Of a DNA stretch of 64,000 nucleotides, positions 1 to 14,000 are shown piece by piece. The notes beneath the pieces are model-generated. The model saw nothing but the letters and a program-made list of their open reading frames with translations. It searched no databases and was not told the origin of the DNA. Positions within the stretch are counted from its first letter, which is position 1; every line of letters begins with the position of its first letter. A program made the position numbers and the translations under genes. Origin of the DNA: Octopus vulgaris (lineage: Eukaryota); contig OX597820.1 of assembly GCA_951406725.2 (NCBI GenBank), forward strand, positions 83,886,001-83,950,000, written 5' to 3'.

Positions 1-149
1 TTCGGCTCTCTGCGATCAATAGACATCAAATTAACACTGCTTCAGAGGAAATTGATATTCGTGATGAAAACAGAATTTAAACATAGAATAGTATCAAATA
101 TACAGAGACACGTCACAAATTTGTAGTCATGCGTCCCAGCTATTCAATT

Positions 150-190
150 CTATATTGATATATATATATATATGTGTGTGTATGTGTGTG

Positions 191-242
<52 letters not shown>

Positions 243-557
243 AACAAGACTACACTGTGCGGGTATTTTTGTTTGTACGTATAAGCGTATGTGTCTGTAC
301 TCATGTGCTCGTGTTTGTGCGTTTTTCTGAGGGTGTTTTTTGTGAGGATATGTTAATGTTTGTGTGTGCGCGCTTGTGTGTGTGTGTGCAATTATGTGTT
401 TATATAAGTATGTATGTATGTACGTATGTTTATACATGTGTGTGTATATATATATACATACGTATATATACATAAAAATATACATATATATATATATATA
501 TATACATACATACTTATACATGTACATACATACACACACACACACCCATATATATAC

Positions 558-594
<37 letters not shown>

Positions 595-620
595 CATATA
601 CACACATTTGAATATATATA
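150..620. repeat. Compound (TA)n/(TG)n/(TATG)n microsatellite
   Basis: Direct reading; explains the YI/CV/HT-rich ORFs. Confidence 0.95.
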
Positions 621-949
621 CATTTGTATCTACATAATCACACTCGCAAATACAATGACTCGCTTGTACACAGTATAACAATATATTCTGTACATAGTGA
701 TAAACTTCGATCAACTGCGATTATTCAGGCAATTGCCCGTCGAAGACTCCCGCAGGGAACTCTCTATAACTGACTACCTTCCGTTAGACTTTCGTTGCAT
801 CTCAGTCACTTAGTTGTAATTCATAATAAACATTACTATCAAGTAAAAAAATATTGATGATCAGAAGGCTTCATATCTTCATCTTATTTGTTATAAATAT
901 TAGATGAGTTGACTTAGATGAGTTGTAGTGCACCTGAGCACTGTACACA

Positions 950-1022
<73 letters not shown>

Positions 1023-1024
1023 TA
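950..1024. repeat. (ATT)n microsatellite, preceded by a probable retroelement 3' end (tgtagtgcacctgagcactgtacacaa)
   Basis: Direct reading; the retroelement-tail interpretation is inference. Confidence 0.85.
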
Positions 1025-1498
1025 CATTCTTTAAAAATAAAGATTGCAGGTAATAACTTTAGTCGTTGCTTTTATTGGTATAGTCCCCGCATGACATATG
1101 TGGAATCGTTCACGATATATGGTTATTATACAGAAACCTTACTCGTGTTATTTTTTTTTTGTTTTTGTTTTTATATATAAATCAACAGCATTTTGGAAAT
1201 TGATATTGCGGCGAGCTGGCACGCCACACAGCAGTATTTCATCTGCTTTTACATACTAAATGTAACTTCAGGCGTGGTTGAACTTTCCTTTCATCATTTC
1301 GGGTCAATAAAATACGTACCAGTTGAGTACTTGAATCGCAGTAATCATTTTAGCAACACTCTGAATTTGTGGGCCTCGTGACAAAATTTGGAACCAGTAT
1401 TATTGAAATTAATTATCAAGTAATTCGTCCTTACTTCTTTTCTTATCTCTCATTATCAATATATCTCCAACACATTTAGACCCGTTTGTGTTGAGTGC

Positions 1499-1604
<106 letters not shown>

Positions 1605-1613
1605 AATATAGAA

Positions 1614-1873
1614 TTTAAGATATATAATTATAAAATATAATTACAAAGGCAGGCTCTGGAATTCTATCGCCTATACGCTAAAAATAGAAGTTTACAATCT
1701 ACAAACCACACTAATAATAGTTCTCTAGTTATAATTTTTTAAAATCTGGCCTATTACCTCGCACCCGACATTTCCTTATAAAAGTAGTTCGTAACTATTT
1801 GACTTCTATTTTTAGATGGTGTTGGAATTCCAGAGCCCTTATTTATAATTATATTTTATGATTATATATTTAA
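1614..1873. repeat. Imperfect inverted repeat, ~75-bp arms (1614-1691 / 1802-1873)
   Basis: ggctctggaattc...ctaaaaatagaagt is matched by acttctatttttag...gaattccagagcc. Confidence 0.75.
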
Positions 1874-2149
1874 AAAGCAAGAAACGACTTTTACCGATAA
1901 CGTCACTTTTTATACGGTAGCCGCTGATATAATCATTTTAATGATACTCTGTGTCACACTGAATCTCCCCGAGAACTACGTTAAGGGTACACATGTCTCT
2001 GAAGTGCTCAGTCACTTGCACGTTAATTTCACAAGCAGACAGTTCTGTTGAACGGATCAACTGGAACACTCGTCGTCGAGGGAGTTTCACAACATGTATG
2101 TAGATATATATTTATGTGTGTGTAGGTGTGTGTGTGTGTGTGTGTGTGT

Positions 2150-2385
2150 GTGCCTGTCTGTCTGTCTATATTTGTGCTCCCTCCACCGCCATAGCTTGGT
2201 AACAGTTGACGGTGTGTTTATATCCCCGTAAATTAGCAGTTTGGCAAATGCGATCGATCAAAAAATTACTAGGCTTACGAAGAACAAGTCGTAGTGCTGA
2301 AATCTTCGACAAAAACCATTTGTGGGGATGCTCCAGCATGACCGCAGTCAGATGACAGAAACACGTAAACGAATAAAAGAATATA
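2150..2385 (+). mobile_element. 3' half of Octopus tRNA-derived SINE (same family as 52465-52882)
   Basis: Ends gctccagcatgaccgcagtcagatgacagaaacacgtaaacgaataaaagaata, aligning with the full copy at 52.5 kb. Confidence 0.7.
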
Positions 2386-2987
2386 CAATAATGCAGACAG
2401 GCAAAATAACTTATACAGTAAAATGGAATATTTATCCATAATTTTGACTGCGAAACGATCGTAATGTTATGAATATAAACTGGAAATAAATATATTCATC
2501 GCATATCTCCTGCCTTTCTTTATATTTTATAATTTATATACCCCTATTGAAATAGTCATTAGTAAGTGCATTTACTGTAATTCAGCTGCATAGGATTATA
2601 CATTGCACCACTCAGTTTATGAATAAAATCAAAGAGGAAAAATTCAGTTGCAAGGTTTTATATTGTGTATAGCCGCCCTCGTTGTTTTATAATTTCCACA
2701 TTTGCTAAAACAGCCATAAATTCCGATGGCAAATATAGATACTGACAGTCAGAGTTTAGCCAAACCATCCACTGATGGACTAGTCCATTATAGTGATCTA
2801 GCATCGCTGTGTGGGCGGTTATCTCCCCTGTCAGTATTTGAAAATATGCTTCCTTGCTTCCTTATCTCCAGCAATATTGGAGGTGGAGCCGGGTTGGAGA
2901 CCGGCACCCTTAGTCGCAATTAGTGACAATTGACATTTCCGTGTCTGGTTTCATAATATGCTTTTGTTATTATTATTATTATTATTA

Positions 2988-3068
<81 letters not shown>

Positions 3069-3117
3069 ATAACAATAATAATAATGATGATAATGATAGT
3101 ATGACTAAGACGTTGAA

Positions 3118-3605
3118 CTGGCGGCGGGCAATATACTTAGCGGTATTTCGTCCGTTTTCCACTTCTGAGTTCAAATTTCGACGAGGTCCACTCTGTTATT
3201 TATTCTTTTCTAGTGGATGAAATAAGTATCAGCTGAATATTGGGATCGATGTAACCGATTTGACCCTTCCCCTATAATTGCTGGGCATGTTTCAAAAATT
3301 CAGAGTAATATTATCATTAGAGCAGCAAGCTGTCCGAGGCCTTGGTACGCCAACAAAATGCTTGGCGTTATTTCGTTCATTTTTACGTTCAATGTTGAAA
3401 TACTACTAGGGTTGATGTTGCTTTACATAATTTCAGGGTCGATGAAATAATTGCCAAAATTGCTGCACTTGTGCTAAAATTTGAAACCATTAAGTGATGA
3501 ACGGTAAAGTCGACCTCAACGGATTTTGAACTCAGAACTTAAAGACAGATAAAATTCTGCTAAGCATTTTGCCTGACGTGCCAATGACTCTTCCAGCTCT
3601 ACACT
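3118..3605. mobile_element. Cluster of decayed Octopus SINE copies (family of 7755-7988), two on + and one on -
   Basis: Recurring ttctgagttcaaatt..gaggtc..ctttg motif and its reverse complement aaagtcgacctc..gaactcagaa. Confidence 0.7.
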
Positions 3606-3626
3606 TATGATTTTTTTTTTATAAAT

Positions 3627-3872
3627 GTGGCCTTTTAAAGCCTAGCCAGGCTTATGGGCCCGGTTTCCCGGTTTCTATGGCGCATGTATTCCCCAGCTGG
3701 ACTATACGCCAATCCATAGCAGCGTTACTCATTTTTTCCAGCTGAGTTGACTGGAGCAACCTGAAATGAAGTGTTTTGCTCAAGAACACAACGCGTCGCC
3801 CGGTCCAGGAATCGAAATCACAATCTTACGATCATGGTGCTCACATCCTAACCACTAAGCCACGCGCTTCCA
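3627..3872 (-). mobile_element. tRNA-derived SINE with CORE-like central domain
   Basis: Minus-strand head gcgtggcttagtggttagg (A box) ... gatttcgattcc (B box), then gtgttcttgagcaaaacacttcatttc..ctccagtc (CORE-like). Confidence 0.75.
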
Positions 3873-5702
3873 CACACCTATGAATTGCAAACATTAAATT
3901 ATATTTCAGCGCCGCTTACACCGGCTGACAAAGTGTTCATCTGTACCCTTGAATGGCACAACCGTATCACGTTATGTCACCATTTTCGCTGACCATCAGC
4001 TGCATCCTAACATCGCACCGAACCTGGAACAAAAATCAATCGAACCGATATAGAATAATATTGGAAAAACAGCCATTGATGTCGAAAAATCAAGCGGGCT
4101 ACAAAGACATTAGCTATTAGGGAGAACAGCAGAATTTGTAACAAATAACACTTGACATATCCAACATTGGATGTGTTGTCTAGATAGCCTTTAAACTGTT
4201 ATTAACGTCCAGAGATAATATCTCTTATTGACGACTTTTCCTCATTAAACACTGATTATATCGGCTATAAATTATATTATATCGGTTCATGTGATTCTTG
4301 TTGTTCTCGTTGTAGAGTTTGGTGCGAGCCTTGTTGTCGCTGATAATCCACAAAAATCAACTGCTACGGTAGTGTCATTCACCGTTGCTGACGATCGCTT
4401 CATTAACTGATATGGCGATTGCTTAATGATATCTCTATGTGCTAATAGCCGTTGAAAGGCGATATAAACTACATCACTTTCACTGTATTTCCAAAGAATG
4501 ATTAATGCAATCTTTGTTACCACTGTTTCCGTAACGTGCTTCTGTGGAATATCTTTTCATATTTCCAGACATTTGTGCAGTCAAACACGTTTCTGTACTT
4601 GCAGTTCCAGTTTTAATATTCTAATAATTTTCTTCTGCTCTTTTATTTTTTTTTATATATACAATAACATTTATACATTACCACAACCGTTAGCATTGTT
4701 CAATGTATTTCTAATATCGTACTTCATTACAATCTTGACATTGTGTTGCTATAAGAAGCAGTCATTTGAACACAGCTGCGCTGCTCATATTCCATTGCAA
4801 TGGGTATGCGAGATAGAAGGTGAGGAGTTCATCTCTGCGATAGATATAGCAGAGCAAAAAAGTGAAATAACACTGATTAGTAGGCGAGACGTATGATACT
4901 GATTCGAAGTGGTACATGGGGAGTGATGTGCTGTTACATAACCAAATAAAGAGTAGACGTTTGGTAAGAGGATCGGCCAGATTGCGCTTAGTCACTTCAA
5001 TTTATATGAGGTAAGAAATATCAGTAAATGGATTTTCCATTTTCGGGGGTAAAATGGACAGTGTTAACGAAAAGAAGTTGTTTCGTTGCAAGTAGTTTGG
5101 TCGTGCAGTTTATATAGTGTTTATTGCAAGCCAGTTAGTTGAGTTGTACTACAGAGGACTAGGGAACAGAGCAAACAGCCTGGATCAGGTTAGTAGTGTT
5201 GAAAGGTCATGACAGTGTACAATGAGTAAGACAAACTCTGAAACATGGAATGACTTTGAAATGTAAGAAAATAGAAGTGATCAAAATGACTGGTTTGAAT
5301 ATTTAGTGTTTTTCTCAGCTATAGCCAGACAAATATTGACTCTGGAAGTAAACCCTGCGCATATCAACACCAAATGGAGGATACCAGAAACGTTTAACCT
5401 TTGCATTAACAACAGCAAATGCTTGGATGAAGAAAGAAACACGCCGAAGAATTCCTTTACAAAGACGGCTACCTATTTAATACAATTGAATTTTGTTGTC
5501 CCTGACGTCATGAGCGTAACAGCTGAGCGTAAACTAGGATAACGCACCATAAATATAAATATAGCATCTCCGTCATCGTTTTTTCCTCCGCAACATAATC
5601 CGATGAATTATGATGAGATTTTCCTCAAATTTGATATATACAAGCCTATACACGACTATGTATTCGCAAGACCAAGTTTATATCCTGTTATACAGTGACA
5701 GT

Positions 5703-5855
5703 GTATGTATGTATGTATGTATGTATGTATGTATGTATGTATGTATTTATGTATGTATGTATGTATGTATGTATGTATGTATGTATGTATGTATGTATGT
5801 ATGCATGTATGTATGTATGTATGCATGCATGCATATATATACATATATATATATA
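5703..5855. repeat. (TATG)n microsatellite
   Basis: Direct reading. Confidence 0.95.
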
Positions 5856-6655
5856 GAACAAAAACGCACAGATATTGTTGACGCAACATCAGAGAACGTG
5901 AAATAATTATTTTTCATAATATTGCCTTCTGAGACACATGACATAGAACTGTGAACAACGGCTTGAAGGATATTAGATTAAAAGACTTTGGAAAAGAAGT
6001 CGAAGGCAGCTTTCGATCTTTCATTCCAAACGATTTTTCAACCAAGTATTTACATACTATTATTTAGCTTTATATGATGTGCCTCGAGAGCTAATTTTAC
6101 ACGCACACACACATAAATGTGCATATATATATACGCACTTATATATATATAGCTCAGAATAAAGAGGTATGTACTTATGTGCATATAGATTCATTTGTAT
6201 ACGCATTAACCATATTTCTGATTAGATTTCGATAAAATAAATTGAAAAGTATATTTAAGTAGTTTTACTATTTCCTCAAAAGACCTATATCGTCCTTTTC
6301 AAACTGTAGCTTCCTCTTATGCATTGAGGTCCCCCGTTCTTTCCGATCTTTATCTCACTGAAAATTTCTAAATATTGGTTTTTTCGATTGCCTTTTTTAC
6401 CCATTGTAATCTATAAATGAGATAAATACTGCGTATTGATTTTCTGAAATTTTCAAAATTTTAAAAGGCTTTATATCATATAAGCGTATGTTGCTTTCAG
6501 AAAGCGATATTTTGTGCGTAGTGGATGCTGTTGATTGCGCGCTGATATCGCTTAAATTTTTGCGATTTGGAAGATTTCAATAACGATTAGTCATTCAGTG
6601 ATGATTAATGAAAATGATGATGATGATAGGATGTAGAAGAAGAAAAAGAAGAAGA

Positions 6656-6686
<31 letters not shown>

Positions 6687-6769
6687 ATGGTGGTGGTGGT
6701 AGTAGTATTAGTAGTGGTGATGGTGGTGGTGGTAGTAGTAGTAGTAATAGTAGTAGTAACAATGGTTTC

Positions 6770-7725
6770 AAATTACAGCACAAGTTCAGTAGTTTCGAGA
6801 GAGAGGGGGGAAATCGATTACGTCGGTGCCAGTAATCAATTGGCTCTTATTTTGTTGACTTCGAAAAGATGAAAGGCAAAGCCGACCTAGACAGAATTTG
6901 AACTTAGCATATAGAGGAACGAAATGCCTTTAAGCATTTTGCCCGGTGTATTAATGATTCTACCAGCTCGTCGCCTAGAGATATTAACAATATTATTATG
7001 TAAAAATTTGGGACAAGTCCAGCAACTCCAGTGAAGCAGGTGCGTCATTTAAATCGACCCCAGTTTTCAGCTGGTATTAATTTTATCGACTCTGAACTGA
7101 TGAAAGTTAAAGTTGATCATAAAGTCTCTATAATGGAACGCGAAAACACGTTTGTCAGAAATCCTGTCCTCACTGACAGTAAGAACATCCATGGCAAGTG
7201 ACCTGAGGTCGTTGAGGAAGAAACCCTTTTTCAGGCCAACCCAGGCGTTCACACCTCCTACTTTCCGCTATGTCTTTACATTTTGAGTTCAAATTCCGAC
7301 GAGGTGGATTTCGCCGTTTGTCCTTTCGTGGTCGATAAATTAAGTACCAGTGGTGTAATGGGTCGATCTATTCGACTGGCCTCTCACCTCAAATGTCGGC
7401 CCTTGTGTCTGGAGTAGAAAAAAATAAATCTCTTCCTGTTTGCTGTTCGTACGATATAACGTTTACAGTAGATGTGAAATTGGATCAGCATGAATAATGC
7501 GTATAAATAGAAAGGAACCTACAATATAATGTTTGTTACAAATTTCGGCACAGGCCCAGAATAGGGTGCTCAACTGATACTGATATTTTATCGATCCCAA
7601 AAAGATGAAAGATAAAATCGACCTCGGCAGAATTTCAGCCCAAGCCGTAAACAAGGACGAAGTGCCAAAGGGCCAAAGTGCGTTTTGAACGGAGTGCTAA
7701 CGTGTCTGATAGCTTACCGCTTCAA
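6770..7725. mobile_element. Cluster of partial SINE copies in both orientations, with a ~110-bp LINE endonuclease-like scrap at ~7150-7260
   Basis: SINE motifs as in 7755-7988; minus-strand peptide NAWVGL..FLNDLRSLAMDVLTVSE resembles an APE N-terminus (weak). Confidence 0.6.
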
Positions 7726-7754
7726 GTTCAACTATATAATATTAAGAGTCATGA

Positions 7755-7988
7755 GGACGACGAGCTGGCAGAATCGTTAGCACGCCAGGCGAAATGCTTA
7801 GCGGTATTTCGTCTGCCGTTACGTTTTGATTTCAAATTCTGCCGGGGTCGACTTTGCTTTTTATCCTTTCGGGTTCGATTAAACAAGTACCAGTTACGCA
7901 CTGGATTCGCTGTAATCGACTTTATCCCTTTGTATGTCCTTGTTTGTCCCGTCTATGTTTAGCACCCTGTGGGGTAGTAAAGAAATAT
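7755..7988 (+). mobile_element. Near full-length Octopus tRNA-derived SINE
   Basis: gagctggcagaatcgttagcacgcc (A-box-like) ... tttcaaattctgccggggtcgactttgc (B-box-like); more than 10 related copies in this window. Confidence 0.85.
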
Positions 7989-8128
7989 ATATTAACAGTC
8001 ATGATATTTTAAAGCTTCTTTCTTTAGACATACATTAAATAATGGAATTTATGTTTCTGAGACGGTAGCTTACTTTTCAAAATGCCTCTTTGTATGAGAA
8101 AGCATTTATAATAATATAAATAGTAGAA

Positions 8129-8520
8129 CATGCCTTGCTGAATACCAGGTCGTGGTTCTCATGGTTCCTTATTTTAACTGACTCGAAGTGGTAACATGTT
8201 TTCTCTTCGTGTGAAAGATTGGCTGCAGCAAATATCCTACTGAAGACAACACATTTGTTTGTCAGCTGCTTTATCTCAATACGTAGGACATGTCCCTTAG
8301 TGGCTGATGATATGTGTCTCTAATTTTGAGCAGTTGAACCTTGGAAGCATTATAGCTGTGTTGAAAGGGAATTTGAGGGGTTTGAATAATTTACATTTGG
8401 AAATATGGGTGTTTTGATCATCATCCTAAAAGAAGCCTTATTCAGGGTCCTTCTGAGCAAGATGGGCTACACGCTCGTAAGAAATTACTAACGGGGCCTA
8501 ACTACGAGGTCATGTGCTGT
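8129..8520 (+). mobile_element. Diverged partial copy of the ~510-bp TAA-associated element
   Basis: Shares catgtcccttagtggctgatgatatgtg and cttattcaggg blocks with 32031-32540. Confidence 0.7.
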
Positions 8521-8694
8521 GTATCTTAATAAATATACAGTTGTAATGCATATGTTTGTGTATCAATTTTCAGACGTGTATTCACAATTTTTATATTGGG
8601 TTTCGCATATTTGTATCCCGCTGTCACCTTGTTGGTGTGAGCTGCTCTCTTATTCAATAAGACCACCACCAACAACAACAATAGCAGCAACAGC

Positions 8695-8726
<32 letters not shown>

Positions 8727-9576
8727 GAATAATAATGATAATAACAATAATAATGATAACTGTTATCACTAGTTGATTAATTCGGTTGGCTAAATATCTA
8801 TCCATCGAGATATCATATGTTTAAAACTTATTTTATGCAGTCAAAATTGAACTGATTTTGTAGAACAGTATAAACAGCTAATAACAATCTAGCCCGCTTG
8901 GCTACTGTACTGGATATCGCTACAGCCCCCTTAAGAAATGATAACTAACTAGCTTAATTATTTCTCAAGTAAATAAATAAAGAGTATTGTAGATGAATAG
9001 ATACATGAAAGAGGAAAATCATTGCCAATTCTCACAAATAGAATTGGACATTTTTTCGACTAAGATTTGTTACCACATTTAGTTAAGTCTCAAGGATTTT
9101 TTTTTTCTTTCTGTGAAAGAATTATGTGCGGCATTCTATTTTAAAGTAGACTGCATTAGATAAGTAATCTTATCTTATTCTGGAAATATCTTTCTTAGCG
9201 AATCTACTTTAGAGATAACTGAATCAACAGACATTTCTGCTATACACGAGAGGACGGTAAAATTGACTAGAATTACCTGTCGCATTCAATACAGCGTACT
9301 TAAGAGTGTATTCTTACTGTACTACCGCAGTGCGAAACACTTTTACTCTGATCTAAAGCAGAAATTCTTATCTCTAAAATCAACAATTCTCTGCCATTTA
9401 CTATCTGTTTCACTCTTTTGTTTTTATTTTTACATTAATAAAATCGTATATAATTTTTTTTTCTATTTTCACAATCGTATCGTTTTAGTATTTGTTTTAT
9501 TTTTAGGATATCCGCTAGATTAAAACTATTACGATTCGCACGTGTTTATATAAATTGCTACTTTATTTTATTCCAG

Positions 9577-9693
9577 TGCACAAAAAATACCAAATATAGA
9601 GTGAAAGAAAGGAAGAGGGAAATGGATGGAGACACACTGTCTGAAAAGAAGGAGGCAGAGATTAGGGCCACTTGGCAAGACTATCATGGGAAG
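9577..9693 (+). other. Candidate spliced exon of an unidentified host gene (CTKNTKYRVKERKREMDGDTLSEKKEAEIRATWQDYHGK)
   Basis: Acceptor ctttattttattccag|, donor AAG|gtgaat, 117 nt fully open in phase 0, non-repetitive; no homolog recognised. Confidence 0.3.
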
Positions 9694-12406
9694 GTGAATT
9701 CAAAAATAGCAGGTTTTTAATTTACTTTTCTTTGAAATAATTTACGCCTGTAATTCAGATAGAAGTTATCACCAGTTCTTTAAAAAATTGTTTCTTATTA
9801 CGTGAATAACGTGTCGGATAAATTTTTCGTGCGTTTCTAATTTTTTTTATACCCATTATCAATGGATATATCCAGCTGAAATATCAACGAGTAAGAGTTT
9901 CCTTCTTATTCCTGGAGAGGCACTAATGGTATCTGGTTATAGAAAAGTATATAGCTTGTCGAAGTTAAAAGAATACGCGCTGCTCTAATCACATATATTT
10001 TCGACAGGAACTATTTTATATGTAGACGAATATTTAATAAAATTATAAACTCAGCTATAATATAGAATTAGATTTAGGTACAAGTATACATCACCGTTCA
10101 AATTTGAAGTTGATTATCTAACATAACATATTCTGAAGTGCACATTAAGTTAAATAATAGTGTTCAGAGCAACATATAATTACTATTTATTTCTTACTTT
10201 AAAGCGTTTATATATCAAGCTGTATTATATTCTGAAATAATTAAATATTAATGAGCTGTGGAAACTAAAGATAATACATATCAGCATATTATATACGTAC
10301 ATGAATCTACCATTTAATATTTCCAAATGATGATATATCGTTGACCAAAATAGGAAATAAGTCAATAATTTAAAAATAAGTAAAGCACATCAGAAGAACT
10401 GATTAGAATCATTACTGAATTAACAGCATATTTAGAGACGAAATAATTTTCAGTGTTTATATGTATACTCCATTTAGAAGTACATGCAAATTTGAAATTC
10501 ATCATTCATTGAACACTGGCTAAATATGGGAAAATTCTTTATAAGATTAGCCAGGCTCTGTATGGAGGGAGATGATAAATCAGAATGTTAGGTGAGTTTG
10601 ACTGGAGATCATAAGCTACTAGCTAATTAACACGAAAAAAAAAACGTTACGGCATTTATAGCATATCCAGAGGGAGGATATTGCGCCCTATCGCACCAAG
10701 ATTTGGAATGTGCTTTCAAATTGACAAGGAATTTCCCACTTATGTGGCATGCGTTCAGCAATGCTCATACGACACAAATCTTTCGCGTGAGAGCGAAAGC
10801 TGGTGGGTTATCAAATCAGGCACATAAAATTATTGGTCTTTAAACAAATTATCTCAAAGTGGAGGAACACATTTTCCATGACAATAGAGAGGAATGTTCC
10901 AGTATACACAATTCAGATGATGATGTGCTCGTAAATGCTGAAAACTGAGCTTTCTCATTGTACTGTATTATACGGTCACCGTCGGAACTACTTTACATTA
11001 AATTACAGGGTTTGGAAAAATAACAGGTTTATACATTGATTCGAAACACCGCATTATAACATCAGAAAATTATTTTTAAGTAACAATCGCAATTTCGGTA
11101 AATTGGGTAATGATATTAGCAAATAAAATTATATGAAAACATCCCTCGCATTTTCGACTAATTACCGAAATCCATTTAGAATTGTTCGTGAACACATTCA
11201 AAGTGACCGATTTAGAGTAGCAGAGAGACAGAAGTGAAGAAAATAGAGTGAGATAAGTGAGAAAATTGAACAGGACGTAATCATTCTCTATTTACTATCA
11301 GGTGATGTTACTGTAAAATCCGCCAAATACGGAGAATCTACGACACGACGTCACCAACTCCAGCTAGGAGAGAGGTAAATTGTGGCAATTTACTCCCGTA
11401 TTCTTTCCTTAGTCCACTCTTGTTCTTTCACTGAATTTCTTCGACCTATAGACAGCAACAATCGTTCAACGAAATTTGTACTATGATATAACTTAGTTGC
11501 TTTTTTCTCCTTTGGATTGCCGTGACGAATGCTAGATTTTAACTGTAAACAAACGATGAATTGAAACCGAACGACTAAATCTTCACCTTCCATTTTATTC
11601 TAATTGTGATCAGTATTTTTCACTTTGAAACTGGTGCTGCCTTCAACGTGGTGCGAATACGCAACCTTCATAGTGTTATAGGGTGGTTGCTTGCGAACCA
11701 GCAATTTTGAAAAGCTATGAGAGTACATTTTCACCCTTCACAATTAAGTTTACATGTAATACATAGATGCACGCATGCAGAGAGATAATCACGCAGGAAC
11801 AAATACATATGTTCATGTATATATATATATATATATATATATCCCATATTATACCCCCTAAATGAAATGTTTCGTGCGTTTGAATTGATGTTATATGCAC
11901 ACCTCAGCAAAATAGTAAAATAATTAATGGCATTTAAATGTCAGCTGCCTTGAAATTAGTTATTCCATTGATTGGTCAGGTTATAGGCATGTATTTTGTC
12001 ACCTGATAGTAACGTGATTAATAATCTTGTTCAAAATTTCCGTTGATATTAAGTATATAGTAACCGTTTAGATTAAATGTATACGTGGGTGTATATGTGT
12101 GTGCGTGTTTCATGTTTCTAAATATTCATTATTTATTGTTCTATTTTTCTGTACGTTTCCGGTTTCAATTATTTAAAAATATTTAAACTCCTGCGCTGGC
12201 ATTTCCTGTAATTACACTGCTTTTAGGGGAAACGCTTTTCATACTTAAAATATTCATTATTGAAATATTAGATCAGACTGCAAAAAAGGCACAATGATTC
12301 AATTTTTTTTAATAGTAAACATCGATACAAAAATTTAAAGTTCATGAACTGGCAAAAACACAATTGCATAAAAGTGCCAATGTGAAAGTGGAGATAAAGG
12401 AGGTAA

Positions 12407-12790
12407 TCTCTCTCTATATAAACGGCAGTTTGTCTGTGCGTGTTTCTGTGTGTCTGTTTTCTCGTACCCTCACTCTGACCACGGCTTTCAACCGATTCTG
12501 ATGAAACTTGACACACACATAGCCCAATGTCATAATTCAAAACTAACGCAGCGAAAATTTTGAAAAGTTCCCCCAGTTCTGAAAAAATCGATAAATTCGA
12601 CATGGGGTCGAGAATTAGAAACCCAAACCACAGACCGTCTAGGGGACGCAACTCTACCTTTTTTAACTCTCAAAAAAAATTTACCATCATTTGTTTTCCA
12701 TTTTTTTGCTATTTTTTGGCTATAACTCTCTAAAAATGCTTTATAGTTATTTCCCTTACAAACCTGAGCAACGCCGGGCGATACTGCTAG
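12407..12790 (+). mobile_element. Non-autonomous Helitron
   Basis: A|TC start (aatctctctctatatata), subterminal GC hairpin cctgagcaacgccggg, CTAG|T end, no TSD. Confidence 0.85.
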
Positions 12791-12945
12791 TTGTCTATAA
12801 ATCTGTAGTATATATGAGTAAATAATGCCATTTAGAATGCAATAAAAGAAAATATGTGTTGACTGGTGTAACACAAAGGTGGTCTGATCACCTTCACGTT
12901 ATAAAGCAATGCTTTGACCATACCGTGTTTCCATGTCGTCATATT

Positions 12946-13324
12946 CTTTTACTCTTTTACTCTTTAGCTTGTTTCAATCGTTTGACTGTAGCCATGCTGG
13001 AGCACCTCCTTTAGTCGAGAAAATCAACCCAGGACTTATTCTCTGTAAGTTTAATACTTATTCTATCGGTCACTTTTGCCGAAGCGCTATGTTCCGGTGA
13101 CGTAAGCACACCAGCATCGGTTGTGAAGCGATGCTGTGGGGAAAAACATATAAACACACGTACATATATACGACCGGCTTCTTTCAGTTCCGTCTACCAA
13201 ATCCACTCACAAGGCTTTGGTCGACCCGAGGCTATAATAGAAGGCACTTGCCAAAGGTGCCACGCAGTGGGACTAAACCCGGAACCATGTGGTTGGTAAA
13301 CGAGCTACTTAGCACACAGCCACT
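12946..13324 (-). mobile_element. Full-length Octopus tRNA-derived SINE (family of 52465-52882)
   Basis: Reverse complement of the 52.5-kb copy: tggctgtgtgctaagtagc ... ggtttagtcccactgcgtggcacc; tail gagtaaaagagtaaaaag. Confidence 0.85.
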
Positions 13325-13399
13325 AACATTGTTTAAGAAAAAAAAAATCGAAATGTTTCAATGTATCTTCATTATTTTAGACAAGCTGATATTCCCTCC

Positions 13400-14000
13400 T
13401 TTCAGTTTTCGTGACAAAGTCATCAAATCGCTTTTGATGACGCAGAGCACCGGATCTAGCTGAAAGGCAAACACTTGACCAACCCAATAACCCCATTGCT
13501 TGGATTGTTGCCGAAGTTTTGTGTGGTTACGTGGTGAATATAGCTCCTTTCGAAATTCTTTTTTTCTGTCGCTTTCTGTTAATAGATATTGGATCTTTTT
13601 TTAGTATCATAATGTACCAGTCGCAGTTTATGACTTATCAACGTTACAGAAAATCGCATTAAATGACACAATGCTATCCTCAATAAAAAGTCATCATAAA
13701 TTTTGTACTGATTTCTAGCTGAACAACTACTTACGCTTAGGAGAGAATGTGTGGCGTAATTCGATGGATTTAGCCTTTCTTTGTGGGCCATAAAATTGTC
13801 TTCTTCAATAGCTTCAAACGCTTCCTAACTATCGAGTTACCCATTTTGCACATGCATAACGATATACTAAGTCGTCCAACATTATCTGCAATGCACTGTG
13901 ATTGCAATCCAGTTTTGCAGTAATAACATGGATAATCATACTAATGTCCGTGCGAATCAATTCGTCCACAATCCAGTTATTCTTCTGCAGTCATAATAGA
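13400..14000 (-). pseudogene. Highly decayed mariner transposase remnant
   Basis: Minus-strand translation VDELIRTD..IITAKL..LDDLVYRYACAKWVTR resembles the mariner KVCARWVPR linker; many stops. Confidence 0.45.

Noticed and set aside
3790-3872. tRNA gene
   Set aside because: tRNA-like head continues into a SINE body; no complete cloverleaf
4955-4995. NLADPLTK motif suggesting Copia RNase H
   Set aside because: Isolated 8-aa match with a stop just upstream and no other pol motifs
12497-12510. CTGATGAAAC as a hammerhead
   Set aside because: No stem II; part of the Helitron body
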